Shown piece by piece: positions 10,888 to 21,182 of a stretch of 40,076 bases of DNA (its first letter is position 1; each line of letters starts with the position of its first letter). The notes under the pieces are model-generated. The model was not told the origin of the DNA. It was given only the letters and a program-made list of their open reading frames with translations, and did no database searches. Position numbers and translations under genes: made by a program. The DNA lies in NCBI GenBank assembly GCA_946965045.2, contig OX337243.1, positions 1 to 40,076 of the forward strand. The letters run 5' to 3'. The stretch is from Epithemia pelagica. Taxonomy: Eukaryota > Protista > Bacillariophyta.

Positions 10888-12165
10888 ATGGTTAAAAAAT
10901 TTATTCCAATAATTAATTTTTCAATAATAAGTAAATTTAAAAATTTGTTTATTATAAATTGGTTTCGACCAAACAATAATAATTATATTATATCATTTTT
11001 TGATAGTCACTTAATTCATTACCCAACACCTGTAAGTTTATCATATGCATGGAGTTTTGGCTCGTTAGCTGGAATTTGTTTAATAATTCAAATTTTAACA
11101 GGTATTTTTTTAGCAATTCATTATATACCCAATATTAAATTTGCTTTTGATTCGATTCAATATATCATGAGGGACATCCCATATGGTTGGTTAATTCGTT
11201 ATATTCATGCAAATGGAGCTTCAATGTTTTTTATTATTGTATATATGCATTTATTTCGTGGGCTTTATTATGGATCATATATTGAACCGCGTGAATATAT
11301 ATGGTCATCGGGTGTAATTATTTTATTATTAATGATGGGAACTGCATTTACTGGTTATGTTTTACCTTGGGGTCAAATGAGTTTTTGGGGAGCTACTGTG
11401 ATAACAAGTATGCTATCAATTTTACCAAAAGGTCAAATTATCGTTGAATGGTTATGGGGCGGCTTTGTAATTAAGGATCCAACATTAAGGCGTTTTTTTA
11501 TAATCCATTTTCTTTTACCATTTATTATTGTAGCTTTTAGCTTATTGCATTTAGCTTTATTACATAAAATTGGCTCAAACAATCCTATCGGTTACGATTT
11601 TGAAGGTGATTACTTAACATTTTATCCGTATTTTGCAATAAAAGACTTATTTGCATTTACTATTTTTTTATTTTTATTCGCTTATTTTATTTTTTACAAT
11701 CCTGAATACTTAAACCACCCAGATAATTATGTTCGAGCTAATCCAATGAAAACACCTTTACATGTAGTTCCTGAATGGTATTTTTTAGTATTTTATGCAA
11801 TTTTACGTGGAATACCACACAAAACTATAGGTATTTTATCGATGTTTGGATCAATTATTATATTACTAATTATACCTTTTGTAAATAGTTCCATAATTCG
11901 AAATACTAGTTATAGACCAGTTTATAAAATTTTCTTTTGGTTATTTGTTGTTGATTGTATTATATTATTATGGGTGGGTGCTATGGATATTAAATATAAA
12001 CGTTATTTAATAATAAGTCAATTTGCAACAATTTATTATTACTTATTTTTTTTGTTTATTTTACCAATTTCAGGAAAAATTGAGCAGTTATTATTAAAAT
12101 ACAATAATATACTATATGTTATCAAATATTCAATATTATACAATTCACTTAAAAACAAACCATAG
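10888..12165 (+). CDS. cob: apocytochrome b
   Basis: HYPTP, WSFGSLAG, IRYIHANGAS, LPWGQMSFWGATV and VPEWY motifs. Confidence 0.99.
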   Translation: MVKKFIPIINFSIISKFKNLFIINWFRPNNNNYIISFFDSHLIHYPTPVSLSYAWSFGSLAGICLIIQILTGIFLAIHYIPNIKFAFDSIQYIMRDIPYGWLIRYIHANGASMFFIIVYMHLFRGLYYGSYIEPREYIWSSGVIILLLMMGTAFTGYVLPWGQMSFWGATVITSMLSILPKGQIIVEWLWGGFVIKDPTLRRFFIIHFLLPFIIVAFSLLHLALLHKIGSNNPIGYDFEGDYLTFYPYFAIKDLFAFTIFLFLFAYFIFYNPEYLNHPDNYVRANPMKTPLHVVPEWYFLVFYAILRGIPHKTIGILSMFGSIIILLIIPFVNSSIIRNTSYRPVYKIFFWLFVVDCIILLWVGAMDIKYKRYLIISQFATIYYYLFFLFILPISGKIEQLLLKYNNILYVIKYSILYNSLKNKP

Positions 12166-12940
12166 TTTTCATTTAGTTGATCCAAGTCCGTGGCCTTTTA
12201 TAGGTTCAATTGGTAGTTTTTCAATAACTGTCGGTGGCGTATTATTCATGCACAATTTCAAAGGTGGGTGGAATTTATTTTTAACTGGTTTTATTTTAAT
12301 TTTATACACAATGATTTGTTGGTGGCAGGATATTATTCGGGAAGCCACATTCGAGGAAGTTCATAATTTCATTATTAAAAAAAGTTTACGGTTGGCTATT
12401 ATTTTATTTATTATATCAGAAATTATGTTTTTTTTTGCTTTTTTTTGGGGGTTTTTTCATTCGAGTATTTCACCGGTTTATAATATTGGAGCAGTTTGGC
12501 CACCAAAATACATTACTGTTATAAATTCGTACACGATTCCCTTAACTAATACGTTTCTATTATTAAGTTCAGGGATTACTATAACATGGGCACACCATGC
12601 AATTATTATTAGAAATAAAAAACAGACTATTATTGGATTATTTTTTACATTAATATTTGCAGTATTATTCACAAGTTTACAAGCTTTTGAATATAATAAT
12701 GCACCTTTTTGTATTAGTGATGGGGTATATGGGAGTTGTTTTTTTATGGCTACTGGGTTTCATGGGTTTCATGTTATTATTGGCACAATAGCTCTATTTA
12801 TCAGCTTATTGCGAATAATATTAAATCATTTTTCAAATACAAACCATTTTGGTTTTGAAGCGGCTATTTGGTATTGGCATTTTGTTGATGTAGTTTGGCT
12901 ATTTTTATTTATTAATATTTATTGGTGGAGTAACAAATAA
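12116..12940 (+). CDS. cox3: cytochrome c oxidase subunit 3
   Basis: HSFHLVDPSPWP, GFHGFHV and WYWHFVDVVW motifs. Confidence 0.99.
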   Translation: MLSNIQYYTIHLKTNHSFHLVDPSPWPFIGSIGSFSITVGGVLFMHNFKGGWNLFLTGFILILYTMICWWQDIIREATFEEVHNFIIKKSLRLAIILFIISEIMFFFAFFWGFFHSSISPVYNIGAVWPPKYITVINSYTIPLTNTFLLLSSGITITWAHHAIIIRNKKQTIIGLFFTLIFAVLFTSLQAFEYNNAPFCISDGVYGSCFFMATGFHGFHVIIGTIALFISLLRIILNHFSNTNHFGFEAAIWYWHFVDVVWLFLFINIYWWSNK

Positions 12941-12952
12941 AATTAAGTTTCA

Positions 12953-13336
12953 ATGAATAATTTTAATATATCATATTTTTTACTTAATAATTTATTTGAA
13001 ATTTTTATACTATTACTATTATCAATTTTAATAGCATCTATTTTGATTTTATTATCGTATTTTTTTATTCATCAAAAACCTGACTCTGAAAAGTTATCAG
13101 TCTATGAATGTGGGTATGAGCCATATGAAAATTCACGTCATATTGTAAACATAAATTTTTACATTATAGCTATATTTTTTATTATTTTTGATATTGAAAT
13201 TTTATTTATGCTTCCTTGGATATTAAATTTAGCAAAAAATGATTTTTTAACTTTTTGGTCAATGATTGATTTTTTATTTGAACTTGGTTTGGGATTTTTT
13301 TATATTTGGTACTGTAAATGTTTAAATTGGAAATAG
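12953..13336 (+). CDS. nad3: NADH dehydrogenase subunit 3
   Basis: EKLSVYECGYEP and FIIFDIE motifs. Confidence 0.97.
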   Translation: MNNFNISYFLLNNLFEIFILLLLSILIASILILLSYFFIHQKPDSEKLSVYECGYEPYENSRHIVNINFYIIAIFFIIFDIEILFMLPWILNLAKNDFLTFWSMIDFLFELGLGFFYIWYCKCLNWK

Positions 13337-13339
13337 TAT

Positions 13340-13618
13340 ATGTTTAAAAAATCGTTTAATATTCAAAAATTAAATAATTTATATTTTATAATACGATCAA
13401 TACGAAAACATATACTTATTAATAATTATTTAAAAACAAATATTAATATATTATTACATAACACATACAAATATTATAAATTTTTTATTAAATATAATTA
13501 TTGTATATATTCGAATAATACAAAAATATTTAATAAATTTTCGTTTTATTGTAGACATATTTTATTAAAACAAATTCAAAATGGTAATATATTTGGTATT
13601 AATAAGACATCATGGTAA
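13340..13618 (+). CDS. rps14: ribosomal protein S14 (divergent)
   Basis: C-terminal FSFYCRHIL...GNIFGINKTSW matches the S14 C-terminus. Confidence 0.85.
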   Translation: MFKKSFNIQKLNNLYFIIRSIRKHILINNYLKTNINILLHNTYKYYKFFIKYNYCIYSNNTKIFNKFSFYCRHILLKQIQNGNIFGINKTSW

Positions 13619-13624
13619 ATTATT

Positions 13625-13697
13625 GGTTAAATAACATAATTGGTTAATGTTTATAATTGCAAATTATATTATATTGGTTCAAATCCGATTTTAACTT
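13625..13697 (+). tRNA. trnC: tRNA-Cys(GCA)
   Basis: Acceptor GGTTAAA/TTTAACT, arm TATAA-TTGCAAA-TTATA, T arm ATTGG-TTCAAAT-CCGAT. Confidence 0.9.
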
Positions 13698-13699
13698 AT

Positions 13700-14680
13700 A
13701 TGAATTTTTACAATTTTTTAAAAATTATACTAAAAGTTATTATAATCATAGTACCTGTATTAATTTCTGTCGCTTATTTTACTATTGCTGAACGAAAAAT
13801 TATGGGATCAATTCAAACACGAAAAGGTCCAAATGTTATTGGTTTTATTGGATTATTGCAACCTTTAGCTGATGGATTGAAACTTTTTATTAAAGAAAAT
13901 TTATTCAATAATAGCTCTGATGAATTTGTATTTTTTTTAGCTCCAATATTAGCATTAGTTTTAAGCTTTTTAAATTGGAGTATAATACCATTTTCAAAAG
14001 GAATTTTTTTATCTGATTTAAATTTAGGCATTATTTTAATTTTTAGTATTTCCGGATTAAATATTTATAGTTTATTATTCGCTGGCTGGGGTAGTAATTC
14101 AAAATATTCATTTTTGGGAGCCATTCGATCAACTGCCCAAATGATATCCTATGAATTAAGTTTTTCATTTTCATGTATAATTATAATACTAATAATAAAC
14201 TCATATAATTTTTCAAACATAATATTAGCTCAAAAATATATTTGGTTAATAATACCTTTTTGGGGTATATTTATTATATTTTATATAACAATTTTAGCGG
14301 AAACGAACAGACATCCATTTGATTTACCTGAAGCCGAAGCCGAATTAGTATCAGGTTATAATGTTGAATATTCAGGTATACCTTTTGCTCAATTTTTTTT
14401 AGGCGAATATGGTAATATGCTATTTATGAGTACACTTGGAGCTAGTATTTTTATTGGTGGTTGGTTTATTTTCAAGTTGTTATTATTACCAGAGTCCATT
14501 ATTTTTAGTTTCAAAATAATTATTGGGATTATTTATTTTATAATTAGTCGAGCAGTATTTCCTCGTTTTCGATTTGATCAATTGATGGAACTAGGATGGA
14601 AAGCCTTATTACCAATAGTATTTGGCTATTTTTTGTTTTTATTAGGTTTTATAATAATTTTTAATGGACTGATAAATTAA
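13700..14680 (+). CDS. nad1: NADH dehydrogenase subunit 1 (ATG 13700)
   Basis: ERKIMG...RKGPNVIG, QPLADGLK and ETNRHPFDLPEAE motifs. Confidence 0.98.
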   Translation: MNFYNFLKIILKVIIIIVPVLISVAYFTIAERKIMGSIQTRKGPNVIGFIGLLQPLADGLKLFIKENLFNNSSDEFVFFLAPILALVLSFLNWSIIPFSKGIFLSDLNLGIILIFSISGLNIYSLLFAGWGSNSKYSFLGAIRSTAQMISYELSFSFSCIIIILIINSYNFSNIILAQKYIWLIIPFWGIFIIFYITILAETNRHPFDLPEAEAELVSGYNVEYSGIPFAQFFLGEYGNMLFMSTLGASIFIGGWFIFKLLLLPESIIFSFKIIIGIIYFIISRAVFPRFRFDQLMELGWKALLPIVFGYFLFLLGFIIIFNGLIN

Positions 14681-14707
14681 AGTAAACATTGAAATATATT
14701 CAATTGT

Positions 14708-17700
14708 TATTATTTTTAAAAATAGTATAAAAAATAAATGATTTTAATAATTAATTTTGATTATCATTTTATTAAAATAGAATCAATTTTGTATAATTAT
14801 TGGGTCATTTGGTTGAAAAGATATAATTTTAATAAATAATTTTGAACCACAAATTTAAAAATTTTGCCAAAAAATTGAAAATTTGTGGTTCAAAATTCGG
14901 TATATAATAAGGCTTAAATTGGTATCAAAATCACAGAAAATCACAAATCATAGGTAGTAACCTATGATTTTATTTATCTGTTTTGGTTGTCTGTTTTTTA
15001 TTTTTAAAAATAGTATAAAAAATCAATGATTTTAATAATTAATAATTAATTTTGATTATCATTTTATTTCATTTTATTAAAATAAAATCAATTTTGCATA
15101 ATTAGTTGGTCATTTGGTTGAAAAGATATAATTTTAATAAATAATTTTGAACCACAAATTTGAAAATTTTATTTAAAAATTGAAAATTTGTGGTTCAAAA
15201 TTCGGTATATAATAAGGCTTAAATTAGTATCAAAATCACAAAAAATCATAAATCATAGGTAGTAACCTATGATTTTATTTATCTGTTTTGGTTATCCGTT
15301 TTTTATTTTTAAAAATAGTATAAAAAATCAATGATTTTAATAATTAATAATTAATTTTGAACCACAAATTTGAAAATTTTATTTAAAAATTGAAAATTTG
15401 TGGTTCAAAATTCGGTATATAATAAGGCTTAAATTAGTATCAAAATCACAAAAAATCACAAATCATAGGTAGTAACCTATGATTTTAGTTATCTGTTTTG
15501 GTTGTCTGTTTTTTATTTTTAAAAATAGTATAAAAAATCAATGATTTTAATAATTAATAATTGATTTTGATTATCATTTTATTTCATTTTATTAAAATAA
15601 AATCAATTTTGCATAATTAGTTGGTCATTTGGTTGAAAAGGTATAATTTTAATAAATAATTTTGAACCACAAATTTGAAAATTTTATTTAAAAATTGAAA
15701 ATTTGTGGTTCAAAATTCGGTATATAATAAGGCTTAAATTAGTATCAAAATCACAAAAAATCATAAATCGTAGGTAGTAACCTATGATTTTATTTATCTG
15801 TTTTGGTTATCCGTTTTTTATTTTTAAAAATAGTATAAAAAATCAATGATTTTAATAATTAATAATTAATTTTGATTATCATTTTATTTCATTTTATTAA
15901 AATAAAATCAATTTTGCATAATTAGTTGGTCATTTGGTTGAAAAGATATAATTTTAATAAATAATTTTGAACCACAAATTTAAAAATTTTGCCAAAAAAT
16001 TGAAAATTTGTGGTTCAAAATTCGGTATATAATAAGGCTTAAATTGGTATCAAAATCACAAAAAATCACAAATCATAGGTAGTAACCTATGATTTTATTT
16101 ATCTGTTTTGGTTGTCTGTTTTTTATTTTTAAAAATAGTATAAAAAATCAATGATTTTAATAATTAATAATTGATTTTGATTATCATTTTATTTCATTTT
16201 ATTTCATTTTATTAAAATAAAATCAATTTTGCATAATTAGTTGGTCATTTGGTTGAAAAGGTATAATTTTAATAAATAATTTTGAACCACAAATTTGAAA
16301 ATTTTATTTAAAAATTGAAGATTTGTGGTTCAAAATTCGGTATATAATAAGGCTTAAATTAGTATCAAAATCACAAAAAATCATAAATCGTAGGTAGTAA
16401 CCTATGATTTTATTTATCTGTTTTGGTTATCCGTTTTTTATTTTTAAAAATAGTATAAAAAATCAATGATTTTAATAATTAATAATTAATTTTGATTATC
16501 ATTTTATTTCATTTTATTAAAATAAAATCAATTTTGCATAATTAGTTGGTCATTTGGTTGAAAAGATATAATTTTAATAAATAATTTTGAACCACAAATT
16601 TAAAAATTTTGCCAAAAAATTGAAAATTTGTGGTTCAAAATTCGGTATATAATAAGGCTTAAATTGGTATCAAAATCACAAAAAATCACAAATCATAGGT
16701 AGTAACCTATGATTTTATTTATCTGTTTTGGTTGTCTGTTTTTTATTTTTAAAAATAGTATAAAAAATCAATGATTTTAATAATTAATAATTGATTTTGA
16801 TTATCATTTTATTTCATTTTATTTCATTTTATTAAAATAAAATTAATTTTGCATAATTAGTTGGTCATTTGGTTGAAAAGGTATAATTTTAATAAATAAT
16901 TTTGAACCACAAATTTGAAAATTTTATTTAAAAATTGAAAATTTGTGGTTCAAAATTCGGTATATAATAAGGCTTAAATTAGTATCAAAATCACAAAAAA
17001 TCATAAATCGTAGGTAGTAACCTATGATTTTATTTATCTGTTTTGGTTATCCGTTTTTTATTTTTAAAAATAGTATAAAAAATCAATGATTTTAATAATT
17101 AATAATTAATTTTGATTATCATTTTATTTCATTTTATTAAAATAAAATCAATTTTGCATAATTAGTTGGTCATTTGGTTGAAAAGATATAATTTTAATAA
17201 ATAATTTTGAACCACAAATTTAAAAATTTTGCCAAAAAATTGAAAATTTGTGGTTCAAAATTCGGTATATAATAAGGCTTAAATTGGTATCAAAATCACA
17301 AAAAATCACAAATCATAGGTAGTAACCTATGATTTTATTTATCTGTTTTGGTTGTCTGTTTTTTATTTTTAAAAATAGTATAAAAAATCAATGATTTTAA
17401 TAATTAATAATTGATTTTGATTATCATTTTATTTCATTTTATTTCATTTTATTAAAATAAAATCAATTTTGCATAATTAGTTGGTCATTTGGTTGAAAAG
17501 ATATAATTTTAATAAATAATTTTGAACCACAAATTTGAAAATTTTATTTAAAAATTGAAAATTTGTGGTTCAAAATTCGGTATATAATAAGGCTTAAATT
17601 AGTATCAAAATCACAAAAAATCATAAATCATAGGTAGTAACCTATGATTTTATTTATCTGTTTTGGTTATCCGTTTTTTATTTTTAAAAATAGTATAAAA

Positions 17701-18877
17701 AATCAATGATTTTAATAATTAATAATTAATTTTGATTATCATTTTATTTCATTTTATTAAAATAAAATCAATTTTGCATAATTAGTTGGTCATTTGGTTG
17801 AAAAGATATAATTTTAATAAATAATTTTGAACCACAAATTTAAAAATTTTGCCAAAAAATTGAAAATTTGTGGTTCAAAATTCGGTATATAATAAGGCTT
17901 AAATTGGTATCAAAATCACAGAAAATCACAAATCATAGGTAGTAACCTATGATTTTATTTATCTGTTTTGGTTGTCTGTTTTTTATTTTTAAAAATAGTA
18001 TAAAAAATCAATGATTTTAATAATTAATAATTAATTTTGATTATCATTTTATTTCATTTTATTAAAATAAAATCAATTTTGCATAATTAGTTGGTCATTT
18101 GGTTGAAAAGATATAATTTTAATAAATAATTTTGAACCACAAATTTGAAAATTTTATTTAAAAATTGAAAATTTGTGGTTCAAAATTCGGTATATAATAA
18201 GGCTTAAATTAGTATCAAAATCACAAAAAATCATAAATCATAGGTAGTAACCTATGATTTTATTTATCTGTTTTGGTTATCCGTTTTTTATTTTTAAAAA
18301 TAGTATAAAAAATCAATGATTTTAATAATTAATAATTAATTTTGATTATCATTTTATTTCATTTTATTAAAATAAAATCAATTTTGCATAATTAGTTGGT
18401 CATTTGGTTGAAAAGATATAATTTTAATAAATAATTTTGAACCACAAATTTAAAAATTTTATTTAAAAATTGAAAATTTGTGGTTCAAAATTCGGTATAT
18501 AATAAGGCTTAAATTAGTATCAAAATCACAAAAAATCATAAATCATAGGTAGTAACCTATGATTTTATTTATCTGTTTTGGTTATCTGTTTTTTATTTTT
18601 AAAAATAGTATAAAAAATCAATGATTTTAATAATTAATAATTAATTTTGATTATCATTTTATTTGATTTTATTAAAATAAAATCAATTTTGCATAATTAT
18701 TTGGTCATTTGGTTGAAAAAATATAATTTTAATAAATAATTTTGAACCACAAATTTAAAAATTTTATTTAAAAATTGAAAATTTGTGGTTCAAAATTCGG
18801 TATATAGTAAGGCTTAAATTAGTATCAAAATCACAAAAAATCACAAATCATAGATAGTAACCTATGATTTTATTTAT
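14708..18877. repeat. repeat locus 2: tandem array of 14 copies of the ~305-bp unit
   Basis: Marker GGCTTAAATT at 14911, 15216, 15426, 15731, 16036, 16351, 16656, 16971, 17276, 17591, 17896, 18201, 18506, 18811 (spacings 305 or 315, one 210). Confidence 0.98.
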
Positions 18878-18912
18878 TAGTTTTAGTATGTTGATATTGT
18901 TTTAAAAATCAA

Positions 18913-18967
18913 AACAACTCATAAAATGGTTATGAAAATAAAACTGGTTCAAATCCGGTGGTTGTTA
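18913..18967 (+). ncRNA. 55-nt tRNA-like element lacking an anticodon arm
   Basis: Acceptor AACAACT/GGTTGTT+A, T arm ACTGG-TTCAAAT-CCGGT, one D-like hairpin CATA-AAATGGT-TATG, then an 8-nt A-rich linker. Confidence 0.6.
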
Positions 18968-19059
18968 GTAACAATATTAAAACGAAACAATAATTGATTT
19001 CATTGATAGATTTTAGTATAACCAAATAAAATAAATTATTTCAATAATTTATATTAATT

Positions 19060-20519
19060 TTTTAATAAGTTTTATTCTGGCTTTGAATGAACGCTATAAA
19101 TTCACTTAACACATGCTAGTTTAACAATTTATTTTGTAGCGTACAGGTGAGTACAAAATGAATTGATACTTTTTAGCTTTATGAAATATAAAATATTCAA
19201 AAAAATTTATTTAGTTAAAAAATAATTTGCTAAAAAATTAATTTATTTAATATTAGGTAGTTGGTAATAGTTAATAGCTTACCAAGCCAATTATATTTAA
19301 CTGTTTTTAACGAAATATCAGTCACACTGGAAATAAAAAGTTTCAGACTTTATAAGTCAGCAGTGGGGAATATTGGACAATGAATGAAAATTTGATCCAG
19401 TGAAATTTAATATATGATGACTGCTTTTATAGTTGTAAAATTTAAATTTATTAAAATCATAATGATTTTGATAATTAGTAGTCCCGACAAATATTCGTGC
19501 CAGCAGTCGCGGTAATACGAATGGGGCCAGCGTTATTCGTATTTATTAGGTGTAAAAGTATAAAAATGGTAATTTGAAATTATAATATAAATTTTAAATA
19601 GTTATTTTAAAAATTTTTATAATAATTAAATTTACTTGAGTTTTTTTCCGAAAAATGGAATTTTATACGTAAAAATAAAATTTTATAATATATAAAGGAA
19701 CATCAATTGTGAAAACTGTTTTTTAGTAAAAACTGACATTGTTATACGAAAATTTGGGTAGTAAACGGGATTAGATACCCCGGTAATCCATTTTGTAAAT
19801 TATGAATACTATAATTTAAAATAAGTTTTCAGTATTTTATTTTAAATTTTAAGCTAACGCAATAAGTATTTTACCTGAAAATTAAAATTTTATTATTTAA
19901 ATTCAAAGAAACTGACGGGAGCTAACTTTAGTGGTGGAATATGTGGTTTAATACGACAATACACGTAAAACCTTACCAATTTTTGAATATTTATAATACC
20001 AAAAAATAATTAGCATATCTTTGGTCTTGTAAATACAGGTGCTGCACGGCTGTTGTAAGTCCGTTTTGTGAAATGTTTGGTTAAATCCTTTTAACGGACG
20101 AAACCCTTATTGTTAAAAATAATAAATTATCATAAAATTTAACTTATAATTAATAACAAATTAAATAAATAAGGATTATAACAAGTCATTGTGACCCTAA
20201 TAAATTGGGCAACACACGTATTACAATAAAAATTACAAAAAATTAATAAAACATATGTTTATTTTAATTTTAAAAATTTTTTCAGTACTAATTATAATCT
20301 GAAACTTGATTATATGAAGTTGGAATCACAAGTAATCATAAATCAGCATGTTATGGTGAATAATATCTTTAGTTTTGTACATACCGCCCGTCACATGCAA
20401 AAAATTTATTTTGTTTGAAAATATAACTATTATAAATTTATATTTATTAAAAAATTTGTGATTTGTATGAAGTCGTAACAAGGTAATCGTACGTGAGCGT
20501 GCGGTTGGAAAAATAAAAC
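19060..20519 (+). rRNA. rns: small subunit rRNA (ends approximate)
   Basis: Universal motifs AGTTTTATTCTGGCT, GTGCCAGCAGTCGCGGTAA, GGATTAGATACCC, GTACATACCGCCCGTC, AAGTCGTAACAAGGTA. No anti-Shine-Dalgarno at the 3' end. Confidence 0.98.
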
Positions 20520-20545
20520 GGTTAATCAGTTAATCAATATTGTTT

Positions 20546-20620
20546 GAAAATATAACTTAAATCGGTTAAAGTGATAACTTGTCATGTTATAGATTGTGGG
20601 TTCAAGTCCCATTATTTTCG
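20546..20620 (+). tRNA. trnD: tRNA-Asp(GUC)
   Basis: Acceptor GAAAATA/TATTTTC, arm ATAAC-TTGTCAT-GTTAT, T arm GTGGG-TTCAAGT-CCCAT. Confidence 0.93.
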
Positions 20621-20633
20621 ATATTACCATATT

Positions 20634-21134
20634 ATGCTAAAACACTTTTATAAGGTATTAACTTACGATTTTTTAAATAAATATAATTATTTATTAATAA
20701 CAAAAATTCCAGTGATCAATAAATTTGTATTGATATTAAATGTAGTAACATTTAATGATTTAATAAATAATTTATTTATGCTAAATATATTTTACAACTA
20801 TGAAAAAAAAGTCATATTAAAGCTAAAAAGTGGAACACCATTTCATTTAAAAATAGTTTTTAAAAAATTTGATTTATATGCTTATTTAAACAAATTTATT
20901 ATTAATGCAGTAATATATAAAAATAAACAGTTTATAAATAATAATTATATTTATAGTGAAAATTTAATTTATTATGAAAACTCCAACTTAAAAAAAAATA
21001 CTATACTTTTAAATATAGTATTAAAATTTAAAACAATAAATAGTAGTGAGTTAAAATTTATAATCAAACAAATATTTAGTGATAAGGAAAAATGGTTGAG
21101 TGGTTATAACAAAAATTTGCTAAATTTTGTATAA
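20634..21134 (+). CDS. rpl5: ribosomal protein L5 (divergent; ATG 20634; last 49 nt overlap trnS)
   Basis: N-terminal YDFLNKY...KIPVINKFVL resembles L5 (Y.LL.K...EIPKL.KI.LN); weak conservation elsewhere. Confidence 0.7.
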   Translation: MLKHFYKVLTYDFLNKYNYLLITKIPVINKFVLILNVVTFNDLINNLFMLNIFYNYEKKVILKLKSGTPFHLKIVFKKFDLYAYLNKFIINAVIYKNKQFINNNYIYSENLIYYENSNLKKNTILLNIVLKFKTINSSELKFIIKQIFSDKEKWLSGYNKNLLNFV

Positions 21135-21177
21135 TAACAATATTATTATATCATAGGTTCGAATCCTATTTTTTCCA
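21086..21177 (+). tRNA. trnS: tRNA-Ser(GCU)
   Basis: Acceptor GGAAAAA/TTTTTCC, arm AAAAT-TTGCTAA-ATTTT, long variable arm, T arm ATAGG-TTCGAAT-CCTAT. Confidence 0.92.
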
Positions 21178-21182
21178 ATTAA

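Noticed and set aside
14708-18877. CRISPR array interpretation of the periodic palindromic repeats
   Set aside because: Whole 305-bp units repeat with no unique spacers, there are no cas genes, and the context is mitochondrial.
18913-18967. Mitochondrial tmRNA (as in jakobids and oomycetes)
   Set aside because: No G3-U70 alanine determinant (pair 3 is C-G), no GGG 5' end and no evident helix 2 or permuted partner.
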